A DNA stretch of 64,000 nucleotides, taken from the NCBI GenBank assembly GCA_020632715.1, contig JACKFA010000002.1:578122-642121 (forward strand), read 5' to 3'. The DNA is from Deltaproteobacteria bacterium (GTDB lineage: Bacteria > Myxococcota_A > UBA9042 > PHBI01). The notes under the pieces were generated by a model, which had not been told where the DNA came from, did no database searches, and saw nothing but the letters and a program-made list of their open reading frames with translations. Positions 45,234-53,514 of the stretch are shown here, in pieces. Position 1 is the stretch's first letter. Every line of letters starts with the position of its first letter. Position numbers and translations under genes: made by a program.

Positions 45234-46169
45234 ATGATTCGGAGTGAGGAGCCGCAGGCGCTCTATCCGATGCGTGTCGTGACGCGGCTCACGGGGTTGC
45301 ATCCGGACACGATCCGCGCGTGGGAGCGTCGCTACGACGCGGTGATCCCGCAGCGCACGAACGGGAACACGCGGATGTTCTCGGCGGGGGACGTGCGGCG
45401 GCTGTCGATCCTGCGGGAGCTCGTCGACCATGGGCACGCCATCGGCCACATCGCGTCGCTGAGCGACGAGGCGTTGGCGGTGCTGGTGGAGGAGCACCGG
45501 GCGGAGCGGGCGGCGGCGAGCGCGCGGGCGCTGGGTCAGGTCGTGACGGTGCCGGCGATCGTGAAGCCGTACCTCGGGGCCATCGCGCGGTTCGACGTGA
45601 GGCGGGCGCACGACCTGTTGTCGCGGGCGGCGGCGGTGTTGCCGCCGCGGGAGTTCGTGTTCGACGTGGCGCTGCCGATCCTGAGGACGGTGGGCGAGCG
45701 TTGGAGCAACGAGGAGCTCGGGGTGGCGCAGGAGCACCTGGTGACGGCGCACATCCAGGGGTTGCTCGAGACGTTCGGGCGCTTCCACCCGCACGACGCG
45801 GGGGCGCCGCGCATCGTGGCGACGACGCCGGGCGGTCAGCGGCACGCGATGGGGGTGCTCATCGGGAGCATGCTGGCGGCGGCGCGGGGTCTGGACGTGG
45901 TGTACCTGGGGCCGGACCTGCCGGCGGCGGACATCATCTGGGCGGTGGACGCGAGTGAGGCGCAGGTGCTGCTCCTGGGCCTGATGATGGATCTCGACGA
46001 GCGCGAGACCGAGCAGCTGACAGACCTCCTCGACCGCCTCCCGAGCCGCTGTGAGCCCTGGCTGGGCGTCCCGCCGTACCACACGTTCAGCCACCGTCGA
46101 GCCCGCCGGATGACGGACTTCGAGGCCCTCGAGGTCGCGTTGGTCGAGCTCGCCGCCCGGGCGCGTTAG
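45234..46169 (+). CDS. MerR-family transcriptional regulator with C-terminal cobalamin (B12)-binding domain (CarH/LitR-like)
   Basis: MerR HTH region MRVVTRLTGLHPDTIRAWERRYDAVIPQRTNGNTRMFSAGDVRRLSILREL. B12-binding module with EHLVTAH and GGQRHAMGV (approximating the DxHxxG His-on motif), followed by a Rossmann-like LDVVYLGPDLP... The ATG at 45234 is preceded by GGGAGGAG. Confidence 0.7.
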   Translation: MIRSEEPQALYPMRVVTRLTGLHPDTIRAWERRYDAVIPQRTNGNTRMFSAGDVRRLSILRELVDHGHAIGHIASLSDEALAVLVEEHRAERAAASARALGQVVTVPAIVKPYLGAIARFDVRRAHDLLSRAAAVLPPREFVFDVALPILRTVGERWSNEELGVAQEHLVTAHIQGLLETFGRFHPHDAGAPRIVATTPGGQRHAMGVLIGSMLAAARGLDVVYLGPDLPAADIIWAVDASEAQVLLLGLMMDLDERETEQLTDLLDRLPSRCEPWLGVPPYHTFSHRRARRMTDFEALEVALVELAARAR

Positions 46170-46177
46170 CGGGAGCG

Positions 46178-46224
46178 CCCGCCTCCGCCTCCGCTTCCGC
46201 TTCCGCTTCCGCCTCCGCCTCCGC
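46178..46224. repeat. Hexanucleotide SSR (GCCTCC/GCTTCC)n, ~8 units
   Basis: gcctccgcctccgcttccgcttccgcttccgcctccgcctccgc, immediately after the stop of the CarH-like gene. Inverted partner at 47003-47054. Confidence 0.8.
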
Positions 46225-46593
46225 GCGGTCGGAGTTCGTGGGTGTGATGGGCTGACGTGCCCGCGTGCGGCGGTTCCGGTCAGGGATGTTGACGCGGCTG
46301 GGGCTTGGTCGCGTTCGAGGTTCGCGGCCGCGCCCACCGGCGCCGTCTCGCCACGCCGCTTCGCGTCGTCGGCGAGACGCCGCCTACGGGGAGGGCCGTT
46401 TCGTTGATGCCTGATTCTGGCAGCGTGCTCGGGCCCCGCAAGGCCGAGCCGTCCTCGCCGTCCTCGCGGCTTCGCCGCTCCGGGCGGCTCCGGGCGGTGG
46501 CCGCTTCGCGGCCAGCCTTGCAGGGCCCTGCGCGCGCTGCCCTTGGGGGTGCATCAACGGAAACCGCCGGGCACACCGGCAAAGGAAATCGCC

Positions 46594-46911
46594 ATGTTGC
46601 GCATCTACTCGGACGCTCTCCAGGTCACCAAGGCCGCCGTCGCCCTCTCCCGCCAACTCGCCGCCAGCGACGCGACGCTCGCCGATCAGCTCCGCCGCGC
46701 CGCCATCTCCATCCCCCTCAACATCGCCGAGGGCTCCGGCGTCATCGGCGGCAACCAGCGCCTCCGCTACAGCACCGCGCTCGGCTCCGCGTGCGAGGTC
46801 CGCTCCTGCGTCGACGTGGCCGCCACCTGCGGCTACTGCGGCAGCCTCGATCCCGTCGCGGCGGACCGCCTCGACAAGGTCATCGCCACCCTCTTCAAGC
46901 TCACCCGCTGA
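46594..46911 (+). CDS. Four-helix-bundle protein (TIGR02436 family; the type often found in 23S rRNA intervening sequences)
   Basis: 105 aa with MLRIYSDALQVTKAAVALSRQLAASDATLADQLRRAAISIPLNIAEGSGVIGGNQRLRYSTALGSACEV..., which matches the family signature (R-AA-SI--NIAEG ... A-GS--E). AAAGGAAA SD upstream. Confidence 0.7.
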   Translation: MLRIYSDALQVTKAAVALSRQLAASDATLADQLRRAAISIPLNIAEGSGVIGGNQRLRYSTALGSACEVRSCVDVAATCGYCGSLDPVAADRLDKVIATLFKLTR

Positions 46912-47002
46912 GTCACCCGTGCCGGCGAGCGCCGGCACCCCTACGCACCGCGACGTGGCTCGTCCGCGGGCAGGAGCGCCATCGAGCCTCGTATGCATCC
47001 GC

Positions 47003-47054
47003 GCGGAGGCGGAGGCGGAGGCGGAGGCGGAAGCGGAGGCGGAGGCGGAGGCGG
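47003..47054. repeat. Hexanucleotide SSR (GCGGAG)n, ~9 units, reverse complement of the 46178-46224 array
   Basis: gcggaggcggaggcggaggcggaggcggaagcggaggcggaggcggaggcgg. Lies between the convergent stops of the four-helix-bundle gene and the TerB-like gene. Confidence 0.8.
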
Positions 47055-47055
47055 C

Positions 47056-47445
47056 CTACAGCTCGTACTCGATGACCATCAACTCCTCAGGAGGCAAATC
47101 CAGCATATCGGCGACCTCCTCGAGGAAGGCGTCCTCCTCGTCGACGACGACGCCGTCGGCGTCGAGCACGCGCAGCACCGCGCACAAGAGCGCCCGCCGC
47201 TGGGTCAGCCCCTGGAGGCCGAGCGCGTCGACCGCCGCCTCCACGTCGATGAGGCCCGCGTCGCGGTCCGCGATGTGCTTCGCGACCTGCGCCGGGAGCT
47301 CCTCCCGCCCCATCGCCTCGCGCACCGCAGCCTCGATGGTCCGCGCCTCGACCTCCTCGTACACGTGGTCCGAGTGGGCCGCCGCCAACAGGATGTCAGC
47401 CAGCGCGCACGCCTGCTCCGTGGTCTCGATGACCATCCGCCCCAT
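47056..47445 (-). CDS. TerB-domain (tellurite-resistance TerB-like) small protein
   Basis: Internal start MGRMVIETTEQACALADILLAAAHSDHVYEEVE...LLCAVLRVLDADGVVVDEEDAFLEEVADMLDLPPEEL (129 aa). GGAGG lies 6 nt upstream of ATG 47445. Confidence 0.5.
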   Translation of the reverse strand: MGRMVIETTEQACALADILLAAAHSDHVYEEVEARTIEAAVREAMGREELPAQVAKHIADRDAGLIDVEAAVDALGLQGLTQRRALLCAVLRVLDADGVVVDEEDAFLEEVADMLDLPPEELMVIEYEL

Positions 47446-47721
47446 CCGAACCTCCGCTCTCGATGGAGAGCCTACCCGACCCGCACCCGGCCTTCTACCG
47501 CCGCGTCGCCGCGTCGCCGGCCCCAGCGGCCACCTCGTGTGCGTTGCATCAAAACGGGCCCTCAGCTCGGCCAACTCGCCGCCTTCCGTGAGCCCGTCAG
47601 GCCATCTCGCAACCGCGAAGCGGCCGCGCCAGGGAGCCTTCTTCATACCCCGAACTACGGGACCCGCGCCCCATGGACGTAACTCCACGGTCCCGCGCCG
47701 GTAACCGCGCCCAGCGGGCGC

Positions 47722-48636
47722 TCACGCCGACGTCGACGCGCGCACCCCCGCCGCGAACGCCCGCAGCTCGCCCATCGAGTCGAGGCGGTGCACCCGCGCT
47801 GGCAGCGGCCCGAGCGGTGGCACGCCGCGACCCCCGACGACCACGTCCCCCCGCCACGGCGCGACCGCCGCGGCGAGGCTCGCGAGCTCCGCCTCGAGGG
47901 CGCGCGCGCTCGCCGGGGGCACCGAGCACGTCAGCCACAGCACGCGCGGACGGTAGCGCGCCGCGGCGTGGGTGAGCGCGGCGATCGGCGTGCTCGCGCC
48001 GAGGTTCCGGTCGACGAAGCCCGCCTCCGCGAGCACGAGGCTCGCCATGAGGGAGGGCAGCAGGTACGGGTCATCCGGGGACGCGCCACCGAGCGCGACC
48101 GGCGACCCGGCCGGCGCGGGCTCGAGGAGCGCCCGCAGCTCGGCGAACGCGTGGACGCACATGTCGGTGGCGCGGTGCTCGATGAAGATGCCGGCGTCGT
48201 CGTGGTGCCAGAGCTCGCCCACGCGCGTCATCACCTCGCGGACAGGGCCGTCGCAGAGGGCCGCGAGCGTCCAGCCCCCGACGTAGAGCGCGAGCAGAAT
48301 CGCCCGCGCCGCCTCCGGCTCGTCCTCGTGCACCGCGCGCCACAGCGCCTCCGTCGCCGCGCCCGCCGCGACCGCGTCCTCGGGCGCGACGGACACCTCG
48401 GCCGGCAGCGCCGCGCCGACCAGGGCGGCCGGGAGCCGCACCGCCGCGCCCGTCCGACGCACGAAGCGCACCGCCTCGGCGAGCGCGATGCGGCGGTGGC
48501 CGCCGGCCGTCTTCACCGCGGCGAGCGCCCCGTCGTCGACCCAGCGCTTGACGGACGACTCGGAGACCCCCAGCGCCCGGCCGAGCTCACGCGGGGAGAG
48601 GACCGGCCCGGGCCCGCTCTGGGAGTTCAGGGTCAT
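47722..48636 (-). CDS. Excisionase-family HTH DNA-binding protein with C-terminal B12-binding-like domain lacking the canonical His (CarA-like analogue)
   Basis: N-terminal LSPRELGRALGVSESSVKRWVDDGALAAVKTAGGHRRIA is an excisionase/MerR-type HTH. The C-terminus follows the B12-binding Rossmann pattern (VALGGASPDDPYLLPSLMASLVLAEAGFVDRNLG...VVVGG) but has DDPY where DxHxxG would sit. Confidence 0.55.
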   Translation of the reverse strand: MTLNSQSGPGPVLSPRELGRALGVSESSVKRWVDDGALAAVKTAGGHRRIALAEAVRFVRRTGAAVRLPAALVGAALPAEVSVAPEDAVAAGAATEALWRAVHEDEPEAARAILLALYVGGWTLAALCDGPVREVMTRVGELWHHDDAGIFIEHRATDMCVHAFAELRALLEPAPAGSPVALGGASPDDPYLLPSLMASLVLAEAGFVDRNLGASTPIAALTHAAARYRPRVLWLTCSVPPASARALEAELASLAAAVAPWRGDVVVGGRGVPPLGPLPARVHRLDSMGELRAFAAGVRASTSA

Positions 48637-48843
48637 CAGGCGACTTCATCTCCGTGTCTGGACGTTTTGACTGTTTTTTGGCGCGCTACCCCGCGCCCCT
48701 CCGCCAGCGATATCGATATGACTAAATCAGGCCGATCCAGAAAACAAGCAGGTCGGCATTGACCAGCGAGTCCCGCGGTGCCAGATTCGTCGTGAACGTT
48801 TTGAACGTTTTCATCTCCAGCGCCTCTTCGCCCAGGATACCCG

Positions 48844-49503
48844 ATGACCTTCGCGCTTGCTCCCTCGGTGACGTGTCCCCCCGATGTCCGCCGACTCCCT
48901 GGTCGCGCGCCCCAGGCAGACGCCGGGCCGCCGGAGGTCGATCTGCCGCGCATCGAGGCCGCCGTGCGCGAGATCCTGGCCGCCGTGGGCGAGGACCCCG
49001 ACCGCGAGGGGCTGCTCGACACCCCGGCGCGCGTGGCGCGCGCCTACCGCGACCTCTTCGCCGGGCTCCGCGAGGACCCGGGCGTCCACCTCGCGCGCCA
49101 GTTCGAGCACGAGACGGGCGGCGACGACGCCGTGGTGCTCCGCAACATCGAGTTCTCCTCCACATGCGAGCATCACCTCCTCCCCTTCCTCGGCCGCGCG
49201 CACGTCGCCTACCTGCCCGCGGACGGCCGCGTGACCGGGCTCAGCAAGCTCGCCCGCACGGTGGACGTCTTCGCGCGCCGACCGCAGCTCCAGGAGCGCC
49301 TGACGTCGCAGATCGCGGACGCCCTCATGGGGCACCTCGGCGCCCGCGGCGCCGCGGTGGTCGTGGAAGGCGAGCACCTCTGCATGCGCTCCCGGGGCGC
49401 CAGGAAGCGCGACGCCATGATGGTCACCACGGCGCTCCGCGGCGTCTACCGCGACGACAAGGCGCTCCGGAAGGAGATCCTCGGCCTCCTCCGAGGCAAG
49501 TAG
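48844..49503 (+). CDS. folE: GTP cyclohydrolase I
   Basis: 219 aa with ...[23 protein letters not shown]...[23 protein letters not shown]... These are classic FolE motifs. Confidence 0.9.
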   Translation: MTFALAPSVTCPPDVRRLPGRAPQADAGPPEVDLPRIEAAVREILAAVGEDPDREGLLDTPARVARAYRDLFAGLREDPGVHLARQFEHETGGDDAVVLRNIEFSSTCEHHLLPFLGRAHVAYLPADGRVTGLSKLARTVDVFARRPQLQERLTSQIADALMGHLGARGAAVVVEGEHLCMRSRGARKRDAMMVTTALRGVYRDDKALRKEILGLLRGK

Positions 49504-49572
49504 TCATCGGCGGCCGCCGCAGCCGCCAGATTGGTCAAGCGCTCCTGACAATCGGCGCGTCGCCGCAGCGAC

Positions 49573-50556
49573 CTACGTCTCCCAGGGCGCCCCGTAGCGC
49601 GCGAGCCGCTCGCAGAGCTCCCACAGCGCCTGCCGCTCGTCCGCCGTCGCCCGCGTCCACGGCAGCACGTGCGTCCGCCGCGGCTCCCGGTCGAAGAAGA
49701 GCTGCCCTGTCACCCCGCGCACCTCGTCGCTCGCCGCGAGCCACACGATCGTGTCCGCGCCGCCCTCGCCGTCCCGGAGGAGCGGCTTCATCACCCGCCG
49801 GAACCGCGGCAGCGCCTCGGCCACCCCCGGCGTGTCCACCCACCCGGGGTGCATCGCGTTCGACGTGATCCCCGTCGCCGCGAGGTGCTCCCCCCACTGC
49901 TCCGACAGGACCACCTGCGCCCGCTTCGTCTCCGCGTACGCCTTCACCCCGTCGAACGCCCGCCGCTCCCACATCGGATCCCCGACCTCGAGCCGCCGCG
50001 CGTACATCCCGCCCGACGTCACGTTCACGATCCGCCCGCGCCCGGCCTCGAGCTGCCGCCGCAGCGCCCGCGTCAGCGCGAACCCGCCGAGCACGTTCGT
50101 CGCGAACGTGAGCTCGACCCCGTCCACCGAGAGCCGCCGCGCCTTCTCGAGCACCCCCGCGTTGTGCACGAGCGCGTGCACCGCCGGGAACCCGACCGCC
50201 ACCTGCCGCGCGAACTGCCGCACCGAGTCGAGCGAGCTCACGTCGAGCTCGAGCACCTCGACCTCCGCCCGCGACACGGCCCGCTGCACCTCCGCGCGCG
50301 CCGCCTCCCCGCGCCCCATCTTGTCGCGGCACCCGAGCACCACCGTCGCCCCGCACCGCGCGAGCCCCTTCGCCGCCGCGAGGCCTATCCCGCGCGTCGC
50401 CCCCGTCACGATCGCGACCTTCCCGCGCATGTCCCCGGGCGGCCCGTCCCCGAACCGCCGCCGCCGCACGAGCCAGCCCGGCTTCCCGTAGGCGAGCGCC
50501 ACCGTCCCCTCGAGCACCGCGTCCACCGCGCGCCGCCGCAGATCCCGCAGCTTCAC
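49573..50556 (-). CDS. Short-chain dehydrogenase/reductase (SDR), retinol-dehydrogenase-like subfamily
   Basis: GKVAIVTGATRGIGLAAAKGLARCGATVVLGCRD..., NAG and a YxxxK-type Y/K pair. The GTG start at 50556 overlaps the kinase TGA stop (GTGA). An alternative ATG (MRGKV) lies at 50430. Confidence 0.75.
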   Translation of the reverse strand: MKLRDLRRRAVDAVLEGTVALAYGKPGWLVRRRRFGDGPPGDMRGKVAIVTGATRGIGLAAAKGLARCGATVVLGCRDKMGRGEAARAEVQRAVSRAEVEVLELDVSSLDSVRQFARQVAVGFPAVHALVHNAGVLEKARRLSVDGVELTFATNVLGGFALTRALRRQLEAGRGRIVNVTSGGMYARRLEVGDPMWERRAFDGVKAYAETKRAQVVLSEQWGEHLAATGITSNAMHPGWVDTPGVAEALPRFRRVMKPLLRDGEGGADTIVWLAASDEVRGVTGQLFFDREPRRTHVLPWTRATADERQALWELCERLARYGAPWET

Positions 50557-51905
50557 GACAGGAGCCTCACGAGCACGAGCAGGAGCAGGACCAGCGTCAC
50601 GACGTGCAGGATCAGGTAGATCGCCGACGGCCGCCGCGCCACCGCGTCCGCGAGCGCCGCCGCCACCTCCTCGAGCGACTGCTGCGCCGCCGCCTCGGCC
50701 GCCGCCTCGGCCGCCGCGTCCGGCGCCGCCTCCGCCCCCATCGCGGTGCCCATCACCGTCGCCGCCGGCGGCCGCTCCTTCCTCACGAGCTTCGCCTTCT
50801 CGAGCACCGGCATCGCCTGCGTCGCCGCCCCATGGAACCCGCGCGCGGCCTCGGCCTCGCGGATCGCCACGCTCGCCTCGAGCGCCACCGTCTTCGTCGC
50901 GTCCTCCACGTCGCCCGTCGGCGCCGCCCCGGGAGCTCCGCCCTCGAGGCCCGGCATCAGCATCGTCTGCCGCCCGCCCTCGGTCTCCGCGCGGAGCCCC
51001 GGCGGGTCCAGCCGCCGGTCGAGCGTCTCCTCGCGCGGGTCGATGTCGAGGAGCTTCGGGTCGAGGTGGTTCAGCGCGTTCAGGAACTCGCGCGCGCTCT
51101 GGAAGCGCTCGCTCGCGTCCTTCGCGCACGCCTTCTCGATGATCGCCGCGATCTCCGGCGCGAGCCCCGCCGACGGCGGCACCTTCAGCGTCGGCGACTC
51201 CATCACGCTCACCGCCACGTCGACCGCCGTGTCGCCCGTGAACGCCGGGATCCCCATCAGCATCTCGTACAGCACGAGCCCCGTCGCGTAGAGGTCCGTC
51301 GCCGGCGTGAGCTCCGCCCCCTTGAGCTGCTCGATCGGCATGTAGCGCGGCGTCCCGAGGGTGATCCCCGCCTGCGTCAAGCTCTCGCCGCCGTGCACCA
51401 TCTTCGCGATCCCGAAGTCCATGACCTTCACGAACTCCGGGTCGTACCCGAGCGGCACGAGCATGATGTTGTCGGGCTTGATGTCGCGGTGCACGATCCC
51501 GCGCGAGTGCGCCTCCATCATGGCGTGCAGCACCTGCCGGACCACGTGGATGCTGCGCCGCACACCGAGCCGCCCCTCGCGCGCGATGACGTGCGTCAGG
51601 TCCTTGCCCTGCACGAACTCCATGATCAGGTAGAAGACGCCGTCGTCCGTCTCGCCGTAGTCGAACACGCGCACCGTGTTCGGGTAGTCGAGCGACGCCG
51701 CGATGGTCGCCTCGCGCCGGAAGCGGTCGACCGCGCTCGGGTCCTTCCGCGCGTAGGTCGCGAGCAGCACCTTCAGCGCGACCACGCGGTCGATGTCGAG
51801 GTGGCGCGCCTTGAACACGACGCCGAAGCCGCCGCGGCCGAGCTCGCTCTCGATGATGTAGTTGTGGCCGATGATCTCGCCGGGGCGGGGTTCCTGGACC
51901 TCCAT
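50553..51905 (-). CDS. Ser/Thr protein kinase with C-terminal transmembrane anchor
   Basis: Internal start MEVQEPRPGEIIGHNYIIESELGRGGFGVVFKARH...HRDIKPDNIML...DFGIAK...GTPRYMPIE, and the C-terminal helix AIYLILHVVTLVLLLLVLVRLLS. GGGAGG SD upstream. The first ~300 aa of the ORF-track entry are a frame shadow. Confidence 0.8.
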   Translation of the reverse strand: MEVQEPRPGEIIGHNYIIESELGRGGFGVVFKARHLDIDRVVALKVLLATYARKDPSAVDRFRREATIAASLDYPNTVRVFDYGETDDGVFYLIMEFVQGKDLTHVIAREGRLGVRRSIHVVRQVLHAMMEAHSRGIVHRDIKPDNIMLVPLGYDPEFVKVMDFGIAKMVHGGESLTQAGITLGTPRYMPIEQLKGAELTPATDLYATGLVLYEMLMGIPAFTGDTAVDVAVSVMESPTLKVPPSAGLAPEIAAIIEKACAKDASERFQSAREFLNALNHLDPKLLDIDPREETLDRRLDPPGLRAETEGGRQTMLMPGLEGGAPGAAPTGDVEDATKTVALEASVAIREAEAARGFHGAATQAMPVLEKAKLVRKERPPAATVMGTAMGAEAAPDAAAEAAAEAAAQQSLEEVAAALADAVARRPSAIYLILHVVTLVLLLLVLVRLLS

Positions 51906-51907
51906 GC

Positions 51908-52801
51908 TCAGCCTCCCGTGCCTGAATCCACCACGCGCGTCGCAGGCGCGCCCGCGGGCTCCGCGAGCCCGAAGACCGCCCGCGCGTTCTCGGAGAGGAA
52001 GCGCCGCCGCGCCGCGTCCGACAAGCCCAGCGCCGGCACCTCCGCGAGGCACGCCGCCGGCGCGAGCATCGGCGCGTTGCTCCCGAAGAGCACCTTGTGC
52101 GCGCGGCTCGTGCGCAGGTACTCGACGAGCGCCGCCGGGTAGCGGCTCGGCTTGTACGCGCTCGTGTCGATCCACACGTTCTCGTGCTTCCGCGCGAGCG
52201 CGATCATCTCCTCGGTCCACGGGTAGCCGATGTGGCCGCCCACGATGACGAGCTCGGGGAAGTCGAGCGCCACGCGGTCGAGGTACGGGATGGGCCGCCC
52301 CCACTCGCTCGGCGCGAGCGGCCCCGTGTGCCCGACCTGCAGGCAGAACGGGACGCCCAGGTCCACGCACGCCGCGTAGAGCGGGTAGTAGAGCCGATCG
52401 TCGGGCGGCCTGTCCCAGAGCCACGGCAGCATCCGCAGCGCCTTGAAGCCGAGCTCCCCGACGGCCCGCCGCAGCTCGCGCACGGCGGCCACGGGGCGCG
52501 AGAGATCCACGCTCGCGACGCCCGAGAGGCGCCCCGGCATGGCGGCGACGTAGGCGGCGACCTCGTCGTTGGAGACGAGCGGCCCGCGCGGCCCGTACCA
52601 GGCCGTGATGAGCGCGTGGTCGACCCTCCCGGCGTCGAGGAGGCCGCGCGTCAGCGCGAGCGGGAAGCCGCCCGGCGGGAGCGCGTCCGCGCCGATCCAG
52701 CGCCGGAGGCTGTCGAACATCGGATCGCGCAGCATCGCCGGGGTCGGGTGTTGGATCCAGGCGTCGATGACCGGATCGCGCGGGGGCTCGTGGGTCGCCA
52801 T
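51908..52801 (-). CDS. Amidohydrolase-2 (PF04909-like) metal-dependent TIM-barrel hydrolase
   Basis: Internal start MATHEPPRDPVIDAWIQHPT...ALITAWYGPRG...LQVGHTGP...VIVGGHIGYPWTEEMIALARKHENVWIDTSA. A His-rich metal-ligand pattern. GGAG SD upstream. Confidence 0.65.
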   Translation of the reverse strand: MATHEPPRDPVIDAWIQHPTPAMLRDPMFDSLRRWIGADALPPGGFPLALTRGLLDAGRVDHALITAWYGPRGPLVSNDEVAAYVAAMPGRLSGVASVDLSRPVAAVRELRRAVGELGFKALRMLPWLWDRPPDDRLYYPLYAACVDLGVPFCLQVGHTGPLAPSEWGRPIPYLDRVALDFPELVIVGGHIGYPWTEEMIALARKHENVWIDTSAYKPSRYPAALVEYLRTSRAHKVLFGSNAPMLAPAACLAEVPALGLSDAARRRFLSENARAVFGLAEPAGAPATRVVDSGTGG

Positions 52802-52881
52802 CGGCTCCGAGCATAGCGCCTCGCGCGGCGGGTGTCCCCCCGCGGTGAGCGGTGACCCGCGCGCCGGCGCGCTACCCTCGG

Positions 52882-53403
52882 CTACCCCTGGGCGCTCGCG
52901 GTCGCCGCCGCGGCACCCCCCTCCGGCGCGCCGATCGCGACGGCGGCGTCGCTCGCGCGGAGCGTCGCGCGGCGCCCGAGCAGGAAGCCGCCGAGGAAGA
53001 GCGCGCCGATGAGGCCACCGAGGATCGGCAGCGCGAGCGCGAGGATGCTCTCGAGGCCGGTCGCCCACACGACGCCCGCCCCGAAGACCCCGAGGATGAG
53101 CAGGGCGACGGCCACGGTGACCAGGTGGAAGCGCGTCACCGCGGGCGCCGAGCGCAGGTTGCAGGCGGGGCAGCGCGCGAGCGCGATCTGCGACTTCCCG
53201 AGGCTCGCCGCGTTCTTCTCGGCGTTCCGCTCGGCCCGCGCGAGGGCGCTCTTCATGCCGATCCAGAGGAAGGCCGTGGCCGATCCCTCGGCGCCCGCCA
53301 CGACGCGCATCGGCGTCGCGGCCTGGCAGTGGGGGCAGGTGTGCGTGTCGACGACGGGGAGGGCGGCGGACGCGGTGAAGGTGGCGCCGTAGGGGATGCG
53401 CAT
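52882..53403 (-). CDS. Small membrane protein with N-terminal zinc-ribbon (CPHC...CPAC) and two TM helices. Hypothetical.
   Basis: 173-aa ORF with very high GC3. AGGAG lies 8 nt upstream of the ATG. Confidence 0.45.
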   Translation of the reverse strand: MRIPYGATFTASAALPVVDTHTCPHCQAATPMRVVAGAEGSATAFLWIGMKSALARAERNAEKNAASLGKSQIALARCPACNLRSAPAVTRFHLVTVAVALLILGVFGAGVVWATGLESILALALPILGGLIGALFLGGFLLGRRATLRASDAAVAIGAPEGGAAAATASAQG

Positions 53404-53514
53404 GACTCGTCTCCTGGGGTTCTCGTGGTCGCGTTGAGGCGCCCGTCTCCCACACCAGGCACGCTAAAGCAACCCGCAGGTCATAAAAAATTACAACGGG
53501 TCGGTTTTGGTCGC

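Noticed and set aside
43704-46337. 877-aa minus-strand ORF
   Set aside because: Antisense to the DmpA-like and CarH-like genes. Extreme Arg/Pro/His content.
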